A stretch of 64,000 bases of DNA from Psammoneis japonica (lineage: Eukaryota): contig QPGO01000035.1 in NCBI GenBank assembly GCA_008632985.1, forward strand, positions 173,899 through 237,898, written 5' to 3'. Under the pieces are notes generated by a model. It was not told the DNA's origin, ran no database searches, and worked only from the letters and a program-made list of their open reading frames with translations. Positions within the stretch are counted from its first letter, which is position 1, and each line of letters starts with the position of its first letter. The position numbers were made by a program, and so were the translations under genes. This document shows positions 60,031 to 64,000 of the stretch, piece after piece.

Positions 60031-60496
60031 CGCAAACAAGAGTCGCAGACGTGATTGTAGCAGATTTCAAGATGATATGAGAGCGAGGGATGCCGGTGCC
60101 CGCGAAGGTGCATCATGCCGCAAAATCATTCGTGGATCTTTGTGACGTCGTACATTCAAATTTATTCATGACTATAGGAAAGTTTTTATTTAGCTAAATT
60201 TTTCGATTTTTTGATTTCATGATTTCGGTTTTCATTTTTTCGGATTGCCCATTTTTTCTGCGTTTTGGAGTTTTGCCGTTCCGAAACGCATCGCGGCGAT
60301 GAGGTCAACGTTCGAGCTCCTACAGTACAGAGCTCCAACAGCCTACGGGTATTGTTGCCAGAATCAATCGCCCCAAAAAGTGAGGCCGCTACCGTAGCTA
60401 GTACAGTAGGAAGTACCGTATCGTGGCATTTTGAGGATTTCTTTTGCATCGTTGAATTAACTGTGGTTGAGGAAAAAGTGCAAAGTGAACAAGAAC

Positions 60497-61252
60497 ATGT
60501 CGTCCAAGTCCCGGACAACCGCCTCACGATGCAGAAAGGAACTTCACTTTGTGTTTGGATACGGCTCGTTGCTATGTCCGCAGTCACGGGCCATTACCGC
60601 TCCAACGTTGGCTAAAAAGTGGGCACAGCCAGTTTTGGCCCGTCATGTTGAACGAAGTTGGACGGCTCGAGGAAGCAACAACACGTTTGTGGGTGTCGAA
60701 TTGAAACCAGACGCAATGTGCAACGGCGTGTTGCTTCAGGTTAACGAGAAGGAATTGGCTCAGTTCGACATTCGCGAGGGAGGATATGATCGAGTTTCGC
60801 TTGCATTGGATCATTTAGAACGAGTGCCATTCCTTTCTGACGAGCATCATGATGAAGATCATGCGGTTTTTGCATCGACACGGAACGAGGAGAATGTCAA
60901 TGAGTGGATGTACATGTCAAGAAACCCGGTTCCTGCCGATTCGATTTGCCCGATTGCACAGTCCTACGTTGACATTATCTTGCGCGGATGTCTCACCATC
61001 TCGCTCGAGTTTGCGCAAGCCTTTGTTGCGACTACCAGGGGATGGTGGCATGATGGAGACAACTCCTCGTTGAAACATCATCACACGTGGGTAAATGATC
61101 GACGCTATCCGCAATACGTGCGGGCTGATTACCATTACTCCAACAAAATGGCAAACCGTTTGGACGAACTGTTACGACATCACCAACAGGATGCCTTTCT
61201 GAGACGAAAACCACTACTAGGAACTTCTGCAGACAGTGACACAGTTGCCTAG
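60497..61252 (+). CDS. Gamma-glutamylcyclotransferase-like (GGCT/AIG2-like) protein
   Basis: HFVFGYGSL, NGVL..V...EL..FDIREGGYDRV, QSYVDIILRGC. Confidence 0.8.
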   Translation: MSSKSRTTASRCRKELHFVFGYGSLLCPQSRAITAPTLAKKWAQPVLARHVERSWTARGSNNTFVGVELKPDAMCNGVLLQVNEKELAQFDIREGGYDRVSLALDHLERVPFLSDEHHDEDHAVFASTRNEENVNEWMYMSRNPVPADSICPIAQSYVDIILRGCLTISLEFAQAFVATTRGWWHDGDNSSLKHHHTWVNDRRYPQYVRADYHYSNKMANRLDELLRHHQQDAFLRRKPLLGTSADSDTVA

Positions 61253-62089
61253 TAGAAGTGATCCCTGGCAAACGGAACGAGGGAGCGAGGTAAGGTTGTC
61301 AGAGTCTTGCATTATTGGTTGTAGTGATTCATTACTGAACTCTTTGATGCTGTAATCTAGGACTCTGTAGGGGTCGTCAACGTTCGACATGGTGTCATGG
61401 ATGCCGACAGCGGGTCTCGAGCAATGCACGAATGTGCCGCGATATTGGGTCTAAAGCTTGCGAATGATAGATCGGAGAACACACTGGTTTTAACGGATAT
61501 GCCGAAGGGAGTCAATAACAGGAGGAATTGTTGTTGATCTTTGCAGAGTTTGGCGAAATCGAAGGTGCTGCCGTCGTAGGAAATGGTCGCGGTTTTCGTA
61601 AGTTATCGAATTAGACTCGCTTGCTCCCTCTCGACGTCATTGAGCTAACGCTGTTTGTTCGCTTTCTTAACAGGACTGGTTCGTTTCAAGTCAATCACAG
61701 ATGCAGAGAATGCCATATATCCCACGCACGTACATAAATTAGAGCCAGGGGGGTGGCGATTCATCAGAGTGTGCGCTTTGGGCGCCGGCCTTAGTTTCGC
61801 TTGTATGAACACTGAAGAATAATCCAACACGGCTTGAAATGATATTGATAGACTATCACAAGTTAGGACCTACGGCTCGAGCACTGCGACAAGCTTCTTT
61901 TCCGCTTCAGTCTTCTGCTTCTTGGTGGCAATTAGTGCCTGCTCTTGCTCAGCGAGCTTACGTTTCGTCCGCTGAATTTCCACTTCCTTGTATTCAACTT
62001 CACGATTAGCTTGCGCCACTGCCCGTTCAGCTCTTCCCTTCTCGTTGCACGTCTTTTCATGTTCGGCAGCACAGAAAAAAAAATCCCCC

Positions 62090-64000
62090 TGAGGTTGCTT
62101 GGCAAGTTTTGGCTGTTGAGTCCAACCCGTCATGGACGTTCTGTCTTGTTCAGACCTTTGCAGGAAACTCATGGCAGGTTTGTTGAGGACCTTTTTGGCA
62201 TGCTGGCACCCTCAAGAGTTTTGGGCTTGGCTTTGACCTGCGGGCAACTCTGTCACCACATTTCATGATACAGTGACCTTGCTGTGCGTTTGATTGGAGC
62301 AGCAAGCTGCCTTTTCCCACAAGAACACTCTGGCAATGACAAAGGCTCAGCACAATGTGAAGATGTCTGCAGAACATGGAAGCTCCAGTCATCACATTGT
62401 TCATGCACAAGTCTGCCTTGGATGTTTTTCAATGCATCCTTTCAAGGGGACACTCTGGAGAATTGTCAGTGCCTGTCTTCAACACAGAAGAAAGTGCTCT
62501 GTCTGGCACTTGGATGACAGAGTTTTGGGTGTGTCTTGGTGCATCTTGAGAGGATCATTTGAGGTCCAGGATTTAGTCATGTTTTTTGGTTCATCAGATG
62601 ACCATGGACTCTCACATTCTTTGACTCAGTCAAGGCACTTGCAGATTTGCTGAATTTCAAGCAACAATTTGCATCATTCAATGATTGTTGCATCATTGAT
62701 CTTAAGACTGAAAGTCACTTCAGTGGCGCCAAGGCTTGGGAAGTTGTGGCAGCCTCTGTCAAAAGGAAATTTGAAGACATGCATGATGCGCACTCACCAA
62801 TCCAGGATGAGCAGGGTGCAGACAAGTTTGTTGTGGTTTGGGATTTGCTGAAGAGAGCCATGAAGTTGTGAAGAGAATGTTTGTTGCATGATTCAAAAAC
62901 CACCCTTCTGTCAACTGTGCACAGTTCTCCAGAAGATTGCAAGCACAAGTCCTGCAAGCATTCGAGCTTGGTTGGCAGCATTGAGAAAATGGCAAACTCC
63001 AGCCATGTGGCATTGATCAATAAAATCAAGTCTCATGTGTTCACTTCAGAGTGCCAGACAAAGTGAGCCTGTCATGGAGGCATCTCCAGCAAATGCTGGC
63101 TGCAAGCTCCCTTCCTCCACCTTCTTGCCTCACAAGCAGTCAGCAGAAACATCCTCTTTTTGCACACATTTCTGTGTGCAAGAAGCAGATGTTGCACATT
63201 TGGTGGGCCCTCTTGGCACATTCAATGAGCCAAAGGTCTGTGTCACATCTGGCTCATCTTGGATGTGGAGCACAGCTGTGCATCAAGTTGGGGCTGCAGC
63301 CTTGGTTTGTTGGTTCCCAGCAAGACTTTGGAAGAAAAAAAAAGGAACCGCGTCATCAGAGACACATCTCTGTCAATCTGAAGGGGGGGGGGGGGGCAAC
63401 TCTCTCAGCCATCAGTGCTTGGCTGAGTTTCACCTTGTTTTTGGCTCTGAGTGATGGTGCCTGTTTGATTGCTGATCTCCCTCACAACACTTTGGCCTCT
63501 TTCCCTGCCACCCTGCAGGTCTCTGTCTGACCATTGCTCCAGTTGAGGTTGTGCACTGACATTTTGCACTCTCTTGACACCACTTCCCAGCTCTGGAGGC
63601 ATCGCTTTCCCTGCCAAAAGCTGAAAAGCCCTGCTGTTTGTAAAGTGCCTTTGTCTTGCACGTGGGTCAAGGTGGCTTGACAGCTCAGCTTGGCGGAGTT
63701 GGGCACCCCTTGCATCCTCCCAACTCCTTCCTCAACCCTGCTGCTCCCCCACTTTTTGGTGCTCACCATCCCCAACCTGAGCACATGGCACCCTGTTGGG
63801 ACAGCTGGCATGAGCACCCATTTCCGTGGCCTTTTCCACCACTGTGGAATGTGCCTGAGTGGACTCCCTCCATCCGTTTTGCTTCAAAGAGCATCGGCAG
63901 CAAGAAACTTGGCCACTTGGGAACAAAGTCAAGCTCCAGATCTTCCACCTGGCTGGCAGGGCTTGAAGAGGCTGGTTGGAAGAGTGGAGAGAGCAAGAGC
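62090..64000. mobile_element. TpA-depleted degenerate repeat/TE relic running off the window end
   Basis: Near-absence of TA; broken plus-strand coding relic around 62650-62950 (KAWEVVAASVKRKFEDM...FKNHPSV); family not identified. Confidence 0.55.

Noticed and set aside
61217..61870. Protein-coding gene between the GGCT-like gene and the last island
   Set aside because: Only short ORFs without motifs or a convincing splice pattern; cannot be supported.

Overview
Eukaryotic nuclear DNA, most likely a (pennate) diatom. This is inferred from short GT-AG introns, ASAFAP-like bipartite plastid-targeting presequences, an HSF and a class C GPCR. About 20 protein genes are interleaved with five repeat islands. 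Two results stand out. (1) A circularly permuted tRNA-Cys(GCA) gene at 13710-13791: the 3' half lies upstream of the 5' half, all four cloverleaf stems pair, and leader and trailer form a bulge-helix-bulge-like junction at 37/38. (2) The repeat islands (~1600-4660, ~13815-15710, ~34100-42400, ~46650-48050, ~62090-end) are almost free of TpA. Conserved Tyr codons of a Ty3/gypsy pol and a tyrosine recombinase read as Cys/His, and two pairs of direct repeats show the same ancestral TA resolved to TG in one copy and CA in the other. This points to a repeat-targeted TpA->TpG/CpA hypermutation running opposite to fungal RIP, on top of CpG decay. Also present: a four-domain 6-phosphogluconolactonase, a hierarchical-repeat protein gene split by a 1.4 kb insertion with a 6-bp TSD, a candidate non-autonomous Helitron, an intron-containing bacterial-type glycine-betaine binding protein, and several one-base frameshifts that are probably assembly errors. 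All calls come from reading the sequence by eye; no searches were run.
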